Part shown: positions 38,982-52,276 of the stretch, piece after piece
Layout: every line of letters starts with the position of its first letter
How positions within the stretch are numbered: the stretch's first letter is position 1
NCBI RefSeq assembly: GCF_004010195.1
Contig: NC_057719.1
Location: forward strand, 21,218,418-21,282,417
Length of the DNA stretch: 64,000 bases
Source: Chiloscyllium plagiosum
Lineage: Eukaryota
Direction: 5' to 3'
Position numbers and translations under genes: made by a program
The notes under the pieces: generated by a model
Database searches by the model: none
Seen by the model: only the letters and a program-made list of their open reading frames with translations
Told to the model about the DNA's origin: nothing

Positions 38982-39111
38982 TCATTCCTGATGAAGGGCT
39001 TTTGCCCGAAATGTTGTTTCTCCTGCTCCTCAGACACCGCCTGACCTGCTGTGCTTTTCCAGCACCACACTCTTCACTTGATCGCCAGCATCTGCAGTCC
39101 TCACTTCCTCC
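38982..39111 (+). mobile_element. PLE-derived short element, family B
   Basis: cattcCTGATGAagggcttttgcccGAAAtgtt...ccagcatctgcagtcctcactt. Confidence 0.85.
38988..39015 (+). ncRNA. Minimal hammerhead ribozyme
   Basis: CUGAUGA-A-GGGC-UUUU-GCCC-GAAA-UGUU; stem II intact. Confidence 0.65.
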
Positions 39112-39639
39112 TTTCTTCCAAGTACTCCTAATGGTCATAAAATAATAACCATAAATCTCATTCTTGAAAATTTCGATTAACCCAGCGTCCTCAGTTAACT
39201 CAGCTTTTTTGCAGCAGCTTCAGCCTTTTTGGGTCAGAGGGAAGAGGCTGTATTGCAGATTTCTGCTGCTCCTTGAGTGAAAAATTGCTTTCCTCATGTC
39301 CGCCTCCAAATCGTCTCATACTAATTTTTGGTGAAAAGCTCAGGTATTCTGACGGGAAAATATTTGTTGCAAAAACCAGGACAATGTGGAAACCCTGAAT
39401 CAGCTGCATTCAAGGCAATTGCCTGACAAATTGAAAATTCCCATTAGGAATTCCCTCGTGTCTGGAACACTCCAAAAATTTGGAGATTTTCGAAGGTTCC
39501 AATTTACTGGAGCTTAATATTTACCCAGGAAAAATCAAAGGATTAAAAATCTACTCCAACCCTGGGTAACTATTAAACTGAAACACTGAAACTCCAACAC
39601 TTGGCACTAATATCCTCCTTCCCCCAATGCATTACACTA

Positions 39640-40060
39640 TCCACTAAGGACAGAGATGAAGAGAATATTACTTTCCTTCACAGAAAGTCATGTGACATTG
39701 GAACTCTTTAAATATTCTTCATCATGAAGGGGATGAAAGGTTACTGAGGGTATGCATGAATGTAGAGTTGAGGTTAAGATCTGATCAGCCCTGGTCTCTT
39801 ACAAGATGGCAGAGCCAACTCGAAGGGCCAAGAGGCGTGTTCCTTGTTTGTATGTTCACATACTCGTCTCTGAAAGTGGTGGAGATGGTGTTATTGCAAC
39901 TTTTTAAGGCGGAGGTTGGAAGAGCCACTTTAAGCAAGAGGATCAGAGGGTAGATGGGAAAGTGAAATTCAGAACACAATCTGAATGACATGATCTTACA
40001 GAGTGGCGGACCAGGCTGGAAGAACTAAGTGGCTTTCTTCTACTCTTAACTCATATATTC
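39640..40060 (+). mobile_element. Two old CR1 3' tails
   Basis: gatcagccctgg...cgaagggcca; tttaaggcggaggttgga...catgatctt...ggctggaagaactaagtggc. Confidence 0.55.
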
Positions 40061-40199
40061 ATGTAATCGGAATTGGACCCAGCAAACCCACCTGCCTCCC
40101 CCCCAACCTCCCAAGCATTTCACCACTGACCCAACCATGCTAGACTTGATCTGCTCGCCCCTGACATCACTCAACTCCACTGGAACCAACCCTGAGCGG

Positions 40200-40380
40200 T
40201 TATCTACCTACCCACTTTTTGTGCATCTTCTTTGCAGCCGTAAATTTGTATTCCTCACTCTGTTCAATCACCCTATGATCTTTGTAGGTTATGATCTGCC
40301 TGTACTGCATGTAAAACAAAACTTTTCGCTGTACTTAGGTATGTGTGACAATAATAAATCAAGTCAAAACCCAAATCAAA
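40200..40380 (+). mobile_element. Rex1/Babar-type 3' tail
   Basis: ccctatgatct...gatctgcctgtactgc...aaaacttttcgctgtac...caataataaatcaa. Confidence 0.6.
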
Positions 40381-41597
40381 CTTACTCCTTTGCTTAATTG
40401 CATACTTGGCTGTTAACGTTAACTCTTACAGAGTTAGATATTTAAACTTCAGAGTAGGGAACTCAGTTTTGCAAAAGAGGGAATGGTTTTGACAATGATC
40501 TTCTCCACTGCTGGGTTTGAAGATTCCTGGGCACCTTCATAACAGGAGGCGCCTGTCCAGGAATCTCCAGTGCTGAGGCCATCTGAAAGTCAGTGTGTAC
40601 CTTTTAAAATTTGATCAGGATCAGAAATAAACTACGGTTACAATTTTTGCAGCTGGATAAAAGAAACTCTAAGTACTCCAATATTCTATGCTGAAATAAT
40701 TTTCATTCTGCAGTGCAAAGTAGTGAAGGTGCAATGAGTACACAGTACACCTATTAAATAAATTACCACTGTAATCCCTGCTTCTCCACAACTAAATGGT
40801 TGCTAATTTTCTTTCATTACTTTCGGAAACAATACATTTAAAATTATATATAAATGCATGATTTATAATTGCCCATTGGCATAAACACTTTTATTTTACT
40901 GTGGACCCCGAATGCAGGAGTTCCGTCTTTGAAGCATTCTTTATGAACATGTCACGTTGTGTGAAGTTTAAATGCAGAGCAGCTGTGTTTCCATGATGTT
41001 ACACTAACCAGATGTTCCTTCAGATGTTGCCATCAATGATCGCATTAATGATCCAAAAATCTAATCGAATCAATGAAACTGGTGTTGTAAAATAAAACAA
41101 GTGGAAAATAATATTGAAGTCAGGATGAAACATTTGATATACATTCTATTTTTTTGTCTATGTCAAGCTTCCTACAATGTTTTGAAATACTTACCCTGCA
41201 TGGAGTTTCAGATTTAATTGAGTGTTCCATCTCTCCCCATTCCCATTCTGCATGCCCTGCCGGGAGTTCTATTAGGTCTCAGACTCTCAGTAAGATACAA
41301 ACTTGTCTCCCACTGCCTTATGCTGAAGGACAAGTGAGGTACATCAGTGTTATCAGAAATTCTGAGTTTCTCTAATTCTCTAAGGAAGTATAGATGCAGT
41401 AAATCCTAATGTTTCAGTCTCTCGCAATGTCACGACAAACTTCAACTGTCACCACTACACATTCAGTTGCCAATTTAATGGTTAATTTGAGGCTTTGTGG
41501 ATTTAATGTGCTCAACGGTGACAACATAGCTACTAATTCTCTCATTTGGCTCGTTCAAGCTAAGAAATAGAGTGCATTTTTGAAATGTCTTTAAAGC

Positions 41598-41800
41598 AGT
41601 CAGCTCAGTTGGATAGACAGCAGGTTTGTAAGACAGAATGATATCAACAGCCTGAGTTCCATTCCCACACTGGCTGAGGACATTGTGAAGGTCCTGCCTT
41701 GTTGACTCTCATCCCTGACCTGAGCTGTGCTGACACTCAGGTTAAACTCACCACCAGTCATCTCTCTCTGATGAGAAAGTTGGACTATAGTGACTTTACC
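41598..41800 (+). mobile_element. tRNA-derived SINE (distinct family)
   Basis: A box-like cagctcagttgg, B box-like gagttccattccc, body ggttaaactcaccaccagtc. Confidence 0.5.
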
Positions 41801-41819
41801 TTTACTGTGGTAACATCTG

Positions 41820-42000
41820 AGACACACCTAATAACAATGCACAGAGCAAGATCCCACATTTGGCAAAGTAGTAACGGCCAGAGGATCCTTATCTTTGTTG
41901 ACACTGGGAGGAACTCCCCTGCTCTTTCTGAAAGAAACATTCCAGTGGGATCTTTTATATTCAGCTGAGAGGCTAGTTGGGACATTTCATTTGAAAGTCC
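41820..42000 (-). mobile_element. Deu-domain SINE fragment
   Basis: agcaagatcccac...gggaggaactcccctgctctt...tgggatctttt reverse-matches the Deu core. Confidence 0.55.
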
Positions 42001-42593
42001 TCATCTGTCAGACTTCTCAGGCTGAAAATGTAAATTTTATGCATGTAATGAGTTAAAACTCCTGTCATTGCAAACAAAACAAAAAAGCCTGAATAATTTG
42101 ATGTGATGATATTATCGGTGAAGCCTGACATTATATTATTGTCTTCAGGCCATGGGTATCATTGAGGAAAAGCATAATTTCAGCTGTCAGTAGCCTCAGC
42201 ACATGGCCAGCTGTGCATGAATATATGTGGTGATACTAATTAAGAAATTACTCCAACTTGAGTAATGTTATCTGCCCAATGCAGAACCTGACATTGTCAG
42301 ACACCAAGGGCTGCGATCTCAGTACCAGGGTGGGAAACTGCCTGCTGGAGCAGTTCCAAATCCCAAGTCCACTTTGTAACATCTGACCCACTCGTTTATT
42401 GAAAACTGTGCCGTGTTCCAGAGACAGCAGGATCCACTGTCGCTCTCCAGGATAGCAAATTTCAAAAGGTGCCCTCCCACAGTAATTGGAAATCCAGCCT
42501 GATTTACCAGACCAAAACACTGTTGCCCATTGCCCTTGCCGAATCAATGCCAGTGAACACAGTGATTACAGCCTGTACTGTTACTGCATTTCA

Positions 42594-42769
42594 CAGAGGA
42601 ATCTTGATTATCTGGCATTCAATTATCCGAATTTCAGGTTATCCGAACAAGATTGCAAGGTCCCAAGGCTTAGCTAAACTATGTTATCTGGCATTCAGTT
42701 ATCTGAACAGTCAATTATCTGAACAAAATATTCCCCGCCCGTGTCGTTTGGATAATTAAGGTTCCTCTG
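42594..42769. mobile_element. Tc1/mariner-pogo (Tigger-like) MITE
   Basis: TIRs cagaggaatcttgattatc / gataattaaggttcctctg, TA at right end (left CA), internal repeats of ttatc(c/t)gaa. Confidence 0.75.
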
Positions 42770-44577
42770 TACTTCTTTCTTTATGAGTGTTAGTTTAACA
42801 CTGCAGTAAAGACAAACAAAGAGACTTCTGTTGAGACTTCGGTATTGCCTGCACTGGTGAGGGATAATGGGCCAGGATTCAGTCACTCAGATGGGTCTGT
42901 CTTTCTTTGAACTCCAAACTCAGGGTCCTGCTTCTACAATGGCTTTTCCTCGATTACACCACTGGTGTTTTCAAAACATTGATTTTTAAAAAATATATGT
43001 TTTCTCTTGAAAGTTCCAGAACGTTTTACTCCTGCCCAAGACCCTTGTAACTCTAAGATCATCCAGACGAGGGCAAGATAGATTTGTTTCATTGTCCTCC
43101 CTTCTGACTTTAGGGCCTTGATAACCAAGAAGATCAAGCAGCCTTTTAGCAACCCTTATCCTGTTTAATGAGCAGTGCCTGGTTCTATCTTGCACAGTAG
43201 GGGACTGTTTCTATGAGGTTGGCCACTTTTTCCCATCATCCTTGTAGAGATCTAACTGTTAACAATTCTTGTACAATGTAGGAATTAAGATACAGATACA
43301 ACACGTTTTGGAATTTTGTCTTTGATCATGTCAAACACTGTTTGGCTGACATATGAACTTAGAAATTCATGAAGTGTCAAATGCTGGGTCTAGATATATT
43401 TTCAGAAACAAAACTAAATTTCAAAATGGGATCGCTGGTATTGAGCTTTTGTCTTTGATATTTTTTTGTCCAGCTCAATGTTTCAAGAATAGCTTCTGTT
43501 TTTTCATTAGTCACAAAGTATACAGAATAGATGAAACATGGTCAACATCTTGAGACAGATGTGGTTGCTCAGTCTGTCAACATCTCTGATGGCTCCAAGT
43601 GGGCAATCTACAAACATTATGAATCCATTTAGAAGGGGATAAATCAGGAAAACATTCAGAATCAATATGGATGGGTGAGATGAGGAAACACACCCGCACA
43701 GCTGGAGTAAATTTGAGAAACATTCTGAATTTCTGTGAATGGAACATTCCAAGTGGAAAAAAAATCCCTGAGCTGTCACATATGGGAACTATTTTGAATC
43801 GATAGGTTAGAGGCACACTACAGTTATGTGAATGGATTAATCTGGCTTCAACTGGCACCATCACTAACAGATTGTCAGCTCATCCACTTGTTGGCTGTGG
43901 AACATCATTGACAAGAGCAACAATACTGTAAAAGTCAATTTTTCAAGTCAGTAATGTACAGAGCTGCGCGTTCTCTGTATGGACAGCCTTGATGGATTAG
44001 TTTACCTTTCCTCATCATTCTTCCTCTGAAGTTGTACACAATGTTTGATATTGAAAAGATGCAATGTAAACGTGACTTTCTCCAGCTTACTGGAAGAGAA
44101 TCTAATCGATCTGAATTGGATAAGCCAGGAATTATAATTTATTAATTGGAATTGTTGAATTTGAAAGCAGAGACATATTCACAATTAGCCCTGTCAGATG
44201 TTTTATCTGCAATGACATTCCATAGCTATTAAACACTGTGTGACTCCAGTCAGCTTTCCAATAATTTTAGTAATTTTTATCTGTAGCTCCTGTAATTAAA
44301 CATTCTGTTAAACATAATGAATGCTGCAGAAAGAACACATCCAATTTAAATTTGCTAATTTGAATTAAATTTATATCAGTGAATTTGAGAATTGTGCACA
44401 CCACTATATTTTAAATTACTTCATGCTTCACTTGGACAATAAAAGAAAATAAGCACATTTGAAACATGTGACTCTTGTTTTGCAGTTACAGAGAAGAATA
44501 TGTCTACAATACCTGTGTATTGCAGGCTCAATGGTGTTTGCATTAACCTACTATTTTTATACTTGATGCTGTACCCT

Positions 44578-44985
44578 AGGCCGTCGGAGGCTGAGAGGTG
44601 ACCTGACAGAGGTTTATAAAAATCATGAGGGGCATAGATAGGATGAATAGCCAAGGTCTTTTCCTCAGGGTGGGAGAGTCCTAAACTAGAGGGCATAGGT
44701 TTAAGGTGAGAGGGGAAAGGTTTAAAAGGGACCTAAGGGGCAATATTTCCACCCAGAGGGTGATGCGTGTATGGAATGAGCTGTCAGAGGAAGTGGTGAA
44801 GGCTGGTACAATTGCAACATTTAAAAGGCATCTGGATGAGTACATGAATAGGAAGGGTTTAGAGGGATATGGGCTGAGAGTTGGCAAATGGGACTAGATT
44901 AACTTAGGATATCTGATCGGCATGGACAAGTTGAACTGAAGGGTCTGTTTCCATGCATAGAGCTCTATGATTTGATGACTCTATG
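44578..44985 (+). mobile_element. HER1-like CR1 3' end
   Basis: ORF 44706-44897 RDLRGN..TQRVMRVWNEL; 3' UTR and ctctatga tail. Confidence 0.92.
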
Positions 44986-46110
44986 ATCTCAATTCAACTG
45001 AATCTTCTCTATCTTCTCACAGATCCTAGCCATAAAATCTTGATTGTTAAACACTACATTCCAACTTCCTTTATTTATATGATCTATTTAGTAACAGAGG
45101 GGCCTCTAACAATAATCAGCCTCAGTTGGTACACAAAGTACATTAAAGACAAAAGGATAACTAATGAAAGAGTAGAGCCCATTAAGGACCACAGTGGTAA
45201 TTTGTGTGTGGAGATGGAGTGTGGTGTAGGTAGGGGGTGACATAAATACTAAATATTGGGGTACACTTTTATGAGGGATGATGTATAGAAATTAGGGGGA
45301 AGGATGGAGACATAATTAAAGAAATTGGCATAGACAGGGAGGAGATTCTGACTAGTCTGGCAGGCTTAAAAGTAGATAAATCTCCAGGGCTGGATGAAAT
45401 ATATCCCACACTGTTGAGTAATACAAGGGAGGAAATAACAGAGGTACTGGTAATACTTCTCAGTTCCTTACCGACCACAAGAGAGGTACCAGAGGACTGG
45501 AGGACTGCCAATATGGTCCTGTTATTCAAGAAGGGAGCAAGGGATCAATCAGGAAATTACAAACCAATCAGTCTAACTTCAGTGGTGAGGGAGCTTTCAG
45601 AAGCAATTATAAAGGAAAACGTTGATATGCAATTTGGAGGGGAAAGGATTATTCAGGAACAGTCAGCAGAGTTATATTAAGAAGAGACTATGTTTGACTA
45701 ATCTGGTCATATTTTTTAAAGAGATGACCAGGTGCATAGATGCGGACAATGTATTTGATGTAGTTCACTTGAACTTCAGCTAGGTTATTGCTAAGATCGC
45801 GCTTGGGGAGATTGATGGCAAAGGTAAGAGCCAATGGGATCCAAGTAAATTTGGCTAATTGGATCCAGAATTGGCTGAGTAACAGGAAGCAGAGGATGAT
45901 GCTCAAGGGGTGTTTTTGTGACTGGAAGCGTGTGTCCAGTAGGGTTCCACAGGGATCAGTGCTGGGGCCATTGCTGTCTGCAGTACATGTATAAATAATC
46001 TAAATTTGAATGTTGGAGGTTTGATCAGTAAGTACGCAGATGATATTAAAATTGGTGAGGCAGTAGATAGCATGGACTCGATTATAGCAGTAGATTATAG
46101 ACAGATATAG

Positions 46111-46239
46111 GAGAAAGTGAGGACTGCAGATGCTGGAGATCAGAGCTGAAAATGTGTTGCTGGAAAAGCGCAGCAGTTCAGGCAGCATCCAAGGAGCAGG
46201 AGAATCGATGTTTCGGGCATGGGCCCTTCTTCAGGAATC
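46111..46239 (-). mobile_element. PLE-derived short element, family B, with hammerhead
   Basis: Minus strand CUGAAGA-A-GGGC-CCAU-GCCC-GAAA-CAUC; perfect 14-bp direct repeat atagacagatatag at 46097 and 46240. Confidence 0.9.
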
Positions 46240-46310
46240 ATAGACAGATATAGATGGGCTGATTCAATGCCAAGTGGGACTAAATCTGGATAAATGTGAG
46301 CTGACTCACT

Positions 46311-46410
46311 TAGAGTCATAGAGTCAGAGAGATGTACAGCACGGAAACAGACCCTTCGGTCCAACTCATCCATGCTGACCAGATATCCTAAATTAATGTG
46401 GTCCCATTTG
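46311..46410 (-). mobile_element. HER1-like CR1 extreme 3' tail
   Basis: tagagtcatagagtcagagagatgtacagcacggaaacagacccttcgg. Confidence 0.85.
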
Positions 46411-48689
46411 GACAGGACAACTAAGGCAAAGAAAGACACCAAGGAGCAGAGGGACCTTGGTGAACATGTCTTCTTGTTCCTAAGGTTGCAGGACAGGTAG
46501 TGATATTGGCGAAGAAGACATATCAGATAATTGCTTTTATTTGTCAAGGCACAGAGTTTAAGAGCAGGGACTGTATGCTGGAACTGCACAAAACATTGGT
46601 TAGGCCACAGCTGGACTATTGGGTATGGCTCTGGAAACTAAATTATAAGAGGTTTTATTTTAAAAAGAAATTCCTTTGTGTCCGTTGCTTGCTGGCCAGC
46701 ATTTATTGCTGTCCCCAGTTGCCCTTGAGAAGGTGGGGGTGAGCAGCCTTCTCAAACCGCTGCAGTCCACTTGCTGTGGGTTGACCCACAATGCCCTGAC
46801 AGAGGGGATTCCATGATCTTGACTCATTAACAGTGAAGGAATGGTGATATATTTTCAAGTCAGAATGTTGAGTGACTTGGAGGGAAACTTGAATGTATCT
46901 GCTGCCCTTGTCCTTCTAGAGGAAAGTGTTCACGGGTATAGCAGGTGTTAGCTGAGGATCTTTGGTGAATTTCTGCATGGTAGAAATTTCTGTAGATAGT
47001 ACACACTGCTGCTACTGAGCATCAGTGATGGAGGGAGTGGATGCTTGTTGATATGGTGCCAATTAAACAGGCTACTTTGTCCTGGATGGTGTCAAGCTTC
47101 TTGACCGTTGTTGGAGCTGCAACCGTCAAGGCAAGTGGGAGTATTCCTTCACACACCTGACTTGTGCCTTGTAGATAGCGCACAGGCTTTGGGGAGTCAG
47201 GAGGTGAATTAGTCATGTAGTATTCCTAGCCTCTGACTTGCTCTTGCAGCCATTGTATTTATGTGGTGAGACCATTGAGTTTCTGGTCAATGGCAGTCTC
47301 CAGGATATTGATAGTGGGGATTCAGTAATAGTAACACCATTGAATATAAAGGGTTGTTGGTTAGATTATCTCTTGTTGGTGATGGTCATAGCCTGGCACT
47401 TGTGTGGCACAAATGTTACTTCCCACTTGCCAGCCGAAGCCTGGGTATTGTCCAGATCTTGTTGCATTTGGACACAGACTGTTTCAGTACCTGAGGAGTC
47501 ATGAATGATGCTGAACATTGTGCAATCATCGGTGAACATCTCCAGTTCTGATCTTATGATGGAGGGAAGCAGCTGCAGATGGCTGGGCCGAGGACACTAT
47601 CCTGAGGAATTCCTTCAGAGAATTCCTGGAGCTGAGATGACTGACCGCCAACAACCATGACCATCTTCCTATGTATCAGGTATGACTCCAACCACCAGAG
47701 AGTTTGGCCCCTGATACTTATTGATTCCAGATTTGCTAGGGGCTCTTTGATACCACATTTGGTCAAATCCAGCCCTGATATCATGGGCTGTCACTCTCAC
47801 CTCACCTCTGGAATTGAGCTTTTTTGTCCATGTTTGTCCCAAGGCTGTGATGATGTCAGGAGCTGAGTGGCCCTCGTGGAACCTAAACCGGGTGTCCCTG
47901 AGCAGGTTATTGCTGAGCAGGTGCTGCTTGATAGCACAGTTGATGACACGTTCCATCGCTTTACTGATAATCGAAAGTAGACTGATGGGTAGTAATTGGC
48001 TGGGTTGGATTTGGTCTGCTTTTTATGTACAGGGCATACCTGAGCAATTTTTCACATTGTCAGGGAGGTGCCAGTGTTACAACTGTATTAGAATAGTTTG
48101 GCTAGGGACCCGCAAGGTCAGGAGCAGAAGTTTTCAGTATGATAACCAGAATGTTGTCAGGGCCTGTAGACTTTGCAGCATCCATTGTCTCCAAATGTTT
48201 CTTGATAGCACATGGAGTCAATCAATCTGGTGAAAGACTCGTATCTGTAATGTTGGAGACCACTGGAGTGGCTGAGATGGATCATCCACTTGGTACTTCT
48301 GGCCGAAGATTGCTATGAATGCTTCAGCCTTATCTTTTGTGCTGATGTGTGGGGCTCTTCCATCATTAAGAATGGTGATATTTGTGGACCCTCCTCCTAA
48401 TTGTCCACTACCATTCTCGACTGCAGAGCATAGATCTGATCTGTTGGTTGTGGGATTGTTTAGCTCTCTCTATCACTTGCTGCTTATGCTGTTTGGCATG
48501 CAGGTAGTCCTGCTTGGTAGCTTCCCCAGGTTGACACCTCATTTTTAGGGATGCCCAGTGCTATTCCTGGTATGCCCTCCTACATTCTCCATTGAACCAG
48601 AGTTATTCCCCTAGCATGATAGTAATGGTTGAGTGGGGGATATGCTGGGCCATGACATTACAGATTGTGCTGGAGTATAATTCTGCTGC

Positions 48690-48818
48690 GAGGAGAAAGT
48701 GAGGACTGCAGATACTGGAGATCAAAGTCAAAAGTGTAACATTGGAAAAGCACAGTAGGTCAGGCAGCACCCGAGGAGTAGGAGAGTCGCCATTTTGAGC
48801 ATAAGCCCTTCATCAGGG
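48690..48818 (-). mobile_element. PLE-derived short element, family B
   Basis: gaggagaaagtgaggactgcagatactggag...gagcataagcccttcatcagg. Confidence 0.85.
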
Positions 48819-49034
48819 ATTGATGGCCCATAGCACCTCATAGATGCCCAATCTTGAGTTGCTGGATCTGTTTGAAGTCTGTCCCATTTAACATGGTGAT
48901 AGTGCCACATAACTTGATTAAGGGTATTCTCAATGTGAAGGCAGGGTTTCATCTTTACAGGACTGTGCGGTAGTCACTGTGACTGATATTGTTATGGACA
49001 GCTGCAGCTGACAGATTGGTAACATTGACACCAA

Positions 49035-49673
49035 TTTCTGGATTAGAGTTGGGCTGGAAAAGCACAGCAGTTCAGGCAGCATCCAAGGAGCAGGAAAATC
49101 AACGTTTCATGCAAAAAGCCCTTCATCAGGAAGAGAGGCAGAGTGCCTGCAGGGTGGTGAGATAAATGAGAGGAGGGTGGGGGTGGGAGAAAATAGCATT
49201 CGGTACAACAGGTGAATGGGGGTGGGGATGGAGGTGATAGGTCAGAGAGGAGGGTGGAGTGGATAGGTGGAAAGGAAGATAGGCAGGTAGGACAAGTCAT
49301 GGGGACAGTGCTGAGCTGGAAGTTTGGAACTGGGGTGAGGTGGGGAAGGGGAAATAACGAAACTGGTGAAGTCCACATTGATGCCCTGGGGTTGAAGTGT
49401 TCCAAGGCGGAAAATGAGGTGTTCTTCCACCAGGCATCAGGTGGTGAGGGAGTGGCGGTGGAGGAGGCCTAGGACCTCCATGTCCTCGGCTGAGTGGGAG
49501 GGGGAGTTGAAATGTTGGGCCACAGGGCGGTGTGGTTGATTGGTATGGGTGTCCCAGAGATGTTCCCTAAAGCGCTCTGCGAGAAGGCGTCCAGTCTCCC
49601 CAATGTAGAGGAGATCGCATCGGGAGCAACGGATACAATAAATAATATTGGTGGATGTGCAGGTAAAAAAATG
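49035..49673 (-). mobile_element. Penelope-like 3' fragment ending in the family B terminus
   Basis: GIY-YIG remnants (NIIYCIRCSRCDLLYIGETGR; EEHLIFRLGTLQPQGINVDF) contiguous with the family B hammerhead end; TSD ttgacaccaa at 49025 and 49674. Confidence 0.85.
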
Positions 49674-50779
49674 TTGACACCAAGTGTGTTTTTTCCCCTC
49701 TTGTTGGTTCCCTCACTACCTGCCACAGACCCAGTCTAGCAGCTATGTTCTTTAGGACCCGATCAACTCAATCATTTGTACTTCTGACGAGCCACTCTTG
49801 GTGATGGGGATATTGAAATTTCCCCACCCACAGTGCATTTTGTACCATTGCCATCCTCAGTGTGATAGCACTGGACAGGGTGCAGAGGAGATTGACCAGG
49901 ATGTTGCCTGGGCTGGAGAGTATTAGTTATGAAGAGAGATTGGACAGACTGGAATTGTTTCTGTTGGAGCAGAGGAAACTGACGGCAGATATAATTCGGA
50001 TGTTTTAAATTATGAGGCATAGATCTTGTAGACAAGGAACTTCTCTGCTTGGCGAGTGGATCAATGACTGTGGCCATAGAGGTAAGGGACAGGAGGTTGA
50101 GGGGATTTTGGGGCTGTTTGGTGGGGTTGGGGATAGGTGGGGTAGAGTGTATGTACTTATTAACTTGATGGAGCCCAGAATCTGCCATCACTTGCTGATC
50201 TCTAAATGTGCGACATAACTATGGACAATGCTCAAGCTGGGAAAAGTCAGTGATATTTTGGCAGTCAAAGTGCAAAATCCTTTTGCTGGATTTTAGGACA
50301 TTAAAGGAGCAAATATATAAAAAAACTAAAATTTGCAACCAAAATATTTCAAGGAAAGTAACAAGATGTGCTAACATTTCTGATAGCGGGTTGTAAGTTT
50401 GCTCGCTGGGCTGGTTTGTTCTCAGACATTTTGCTAGGTAACATCATCAATGAGCCTCCGGTGAACCTGCTTGCTGTTTATCTGTCTCGGTTTGTGGTGG
50501 TGGGTGATATCATTTAGAGGCATAGAGTCATTGAGACGTACAGCACAGAAACAGACCCTTCAGTCCAACTCGTCCATGCCGACCAGATATCCTAAATTAA
50601 TCTAGTCCCATTTTCTCACATTTGGCCCATATCCCTCCAAACCCTCCTATTCATATCCCCAACCAGATGCCTTTTGAATGCTGTAATTGTACCAGCCTCC
50701 ATCACTTCCTCTGGCAGCTCATTCCACACATGCACCACCCTCTGCATGAAAAGTTGCCCCTTAGGTCTCTTTTAAACTT

Positions 50780-50987
50780 CGAGGAGAAAGTGAGGGCTGC
50801 AGATGCTGGAGATCAGAGCTGAAAATATGTTGCTGGAAAAGCACAGCAGGTCAGGCAGCCTCCAAGGAACAGGAGAATCGACGTTTCGGGGATAAGCCCT
50901 TCTTCAGGGTTTATGCCCGAAACGTCGATTCTCCTGTTCCTTGGATGCTGCCTGACCTGCTGCGCTTTTCCAGCAACACATTTTCAG
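50780..50987. mobile_element. Family B fold-back element nested in CR1
   Basis: IR arms ~50816-50901 / ~50907-50990; minus-strand hammerhead CUGAAGA...GAAACGUC (50880-50907); TSD ctcttttaaactt at 50767 and 50988. Confidence 0.9.
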
Positions 50988-51061
50988 CTCTTTTAAACTT
51001 GCCCCTCTCACCCTAAACATATGCCTTATAGTTCTGGACTCCCCTAACTCAGGGAAAAGAC

Positions 51062-51151
51062 CTGATGAAGAGCTCATACTCGAATTCTCGACTCTCCTAC
51101 TCCTCGGATGCTGCCTCACCGGCTGTGCTTTTCTAGCACCACACTTTTTGA
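51062..51151 (+). mobile_element. Family B short element nested in CR1
   Basis: ctgatgaagagctcatactcgaa...; TSD cagggaaaagac at 51050 and 51152. Confidence 0.85.
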
Positions 51152-51662
51152 CAGGGAAAAGACTTTGACTATTTATCCTATCCATGCACACCACGATTTT
51201 ATAAACCTCTATAAGTTCACCCCTTAGCCTCCGACACTCCAGGGAAAACAGCCCCAGTCTATTCAGCCTCTCCCTCCAGCTCAAATCCTCCCACCCTGGC
51301 AACACCCTTCTAGTTCTGTTTCTGAGAGGTTGGTAAATGGGGTCCAAATCTCTATGTTTGTCAATGGAGTTACAGTTTGAATGCCAGGCCTCGAGGAATT
51401 CCCACACCTGTCTTTGGTTAGCCTGTTGTAGGATGGATGTATTGTCACAGTTGAGGTGGTGTCCCTCTTTGTCTGTGTGTATGGATACCAGTGATAGAAG
51501 AAACCCACAAACACATAAATAGCATCCTTGCCAGTATAAAGTTCACCAAAGAGGAAGAGAACAATAACAGACTTCCCTTCCTGGATGTCACAGTAGAACA
51601 AAAAAAACTATGGAGAACTGCAGAACAGCTTCTACAGGAATGCCACACACACTGACCAAATA

Positions 51663-52276
51663 CAAAGGAACCTCATTTATCCGAATGAGATGGGTGGGCA
51701 CTATTTCCTTTGGTTAATCAATTATTCGGATAATCGATTTTACCTTAAGCAAGGGAAGGCACACTGATCTAACGCTGTGCTCTATCAGAGAATTTGTTTA
51801 AGTCTATCATTTTAATGAGTCTGCCATTTAAACAAACTAATCCTTGCAGTCTGCAAATTGCAGGTTAAAATAAGAAGGACTTACCATCACATAAATACTG
51901 TATATGAAATCCCAGCATTATACAATCACAAGAGCATTTGTCAGTTTCCGGGAACTCAATGTCACGATGGAAAGACAGAAGCACGGCCTCGCGCAGGCTT
52001 TTATGTTCTTGGCCTTTTTTTTTAATGAATGGCCTGGTAACGTGACTGAAATACTGTAAAACACTTACTTTTGCAAAGGGCTGTGTAACAACTCTTAATT
52101 AAAAAATACCCAGTCGCTGATGTTTGAGCTGCTTGTGTATTTTTTGTTTTTGCTAGCTTTTTCACATGTTCATCAGTCCAGATAAATCGAATACACTTAC
52201 CCCTTCGATGTAATGTTTTTGTGAGACCTTAAAATTCTTTGGATAATCCAAAATTTGGATAATCGATGTTCCTCTG
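51663..52276. mobile_element. Tc1/mariner-pogo-like non-autonomous DNA transposon nested in Penelope
   Basis: TIRs caaaggaacctcatttatccgaa / ttggataatcgatgttcctctg related to the 42594 MITE; TA/CA flanks; splits the Penelope THTDQ|LN motif. Confidence 0.75.

Larger units (their letters stand above)
45135..46645 (+). mobile_element. CR1 LINE RT fragment
   Basis: VPEDWRTANMVLLFKKG..NYKPISLTS (45414-45680); [11 protein letters not shown] (45788-45994); KTLVRPQLDY (46500+). Confidence 0.85.
46680..49862 (-). mobile_element. CR1/L2-group LINE (EN-RT), decayed
   Basis: MERVINCAIKQHLLSNNLL...AHDIRAGFDQMW (47669-47956); WLESYL..RKMVMVVGGQSS..GIPQDSVLGP (47554-47784); VMWHYHHVKWDRL (48728-48952). 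Confidence 0.85.
50514..51310 (-). mobile_element. HER1-like CR1 3' end nested in the Penelope arm
   Basis: CR1 tail and LPGWEDLSWRERLNRLGLFSLE..RLRGELIEVYKI. Confidence 0.9.
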
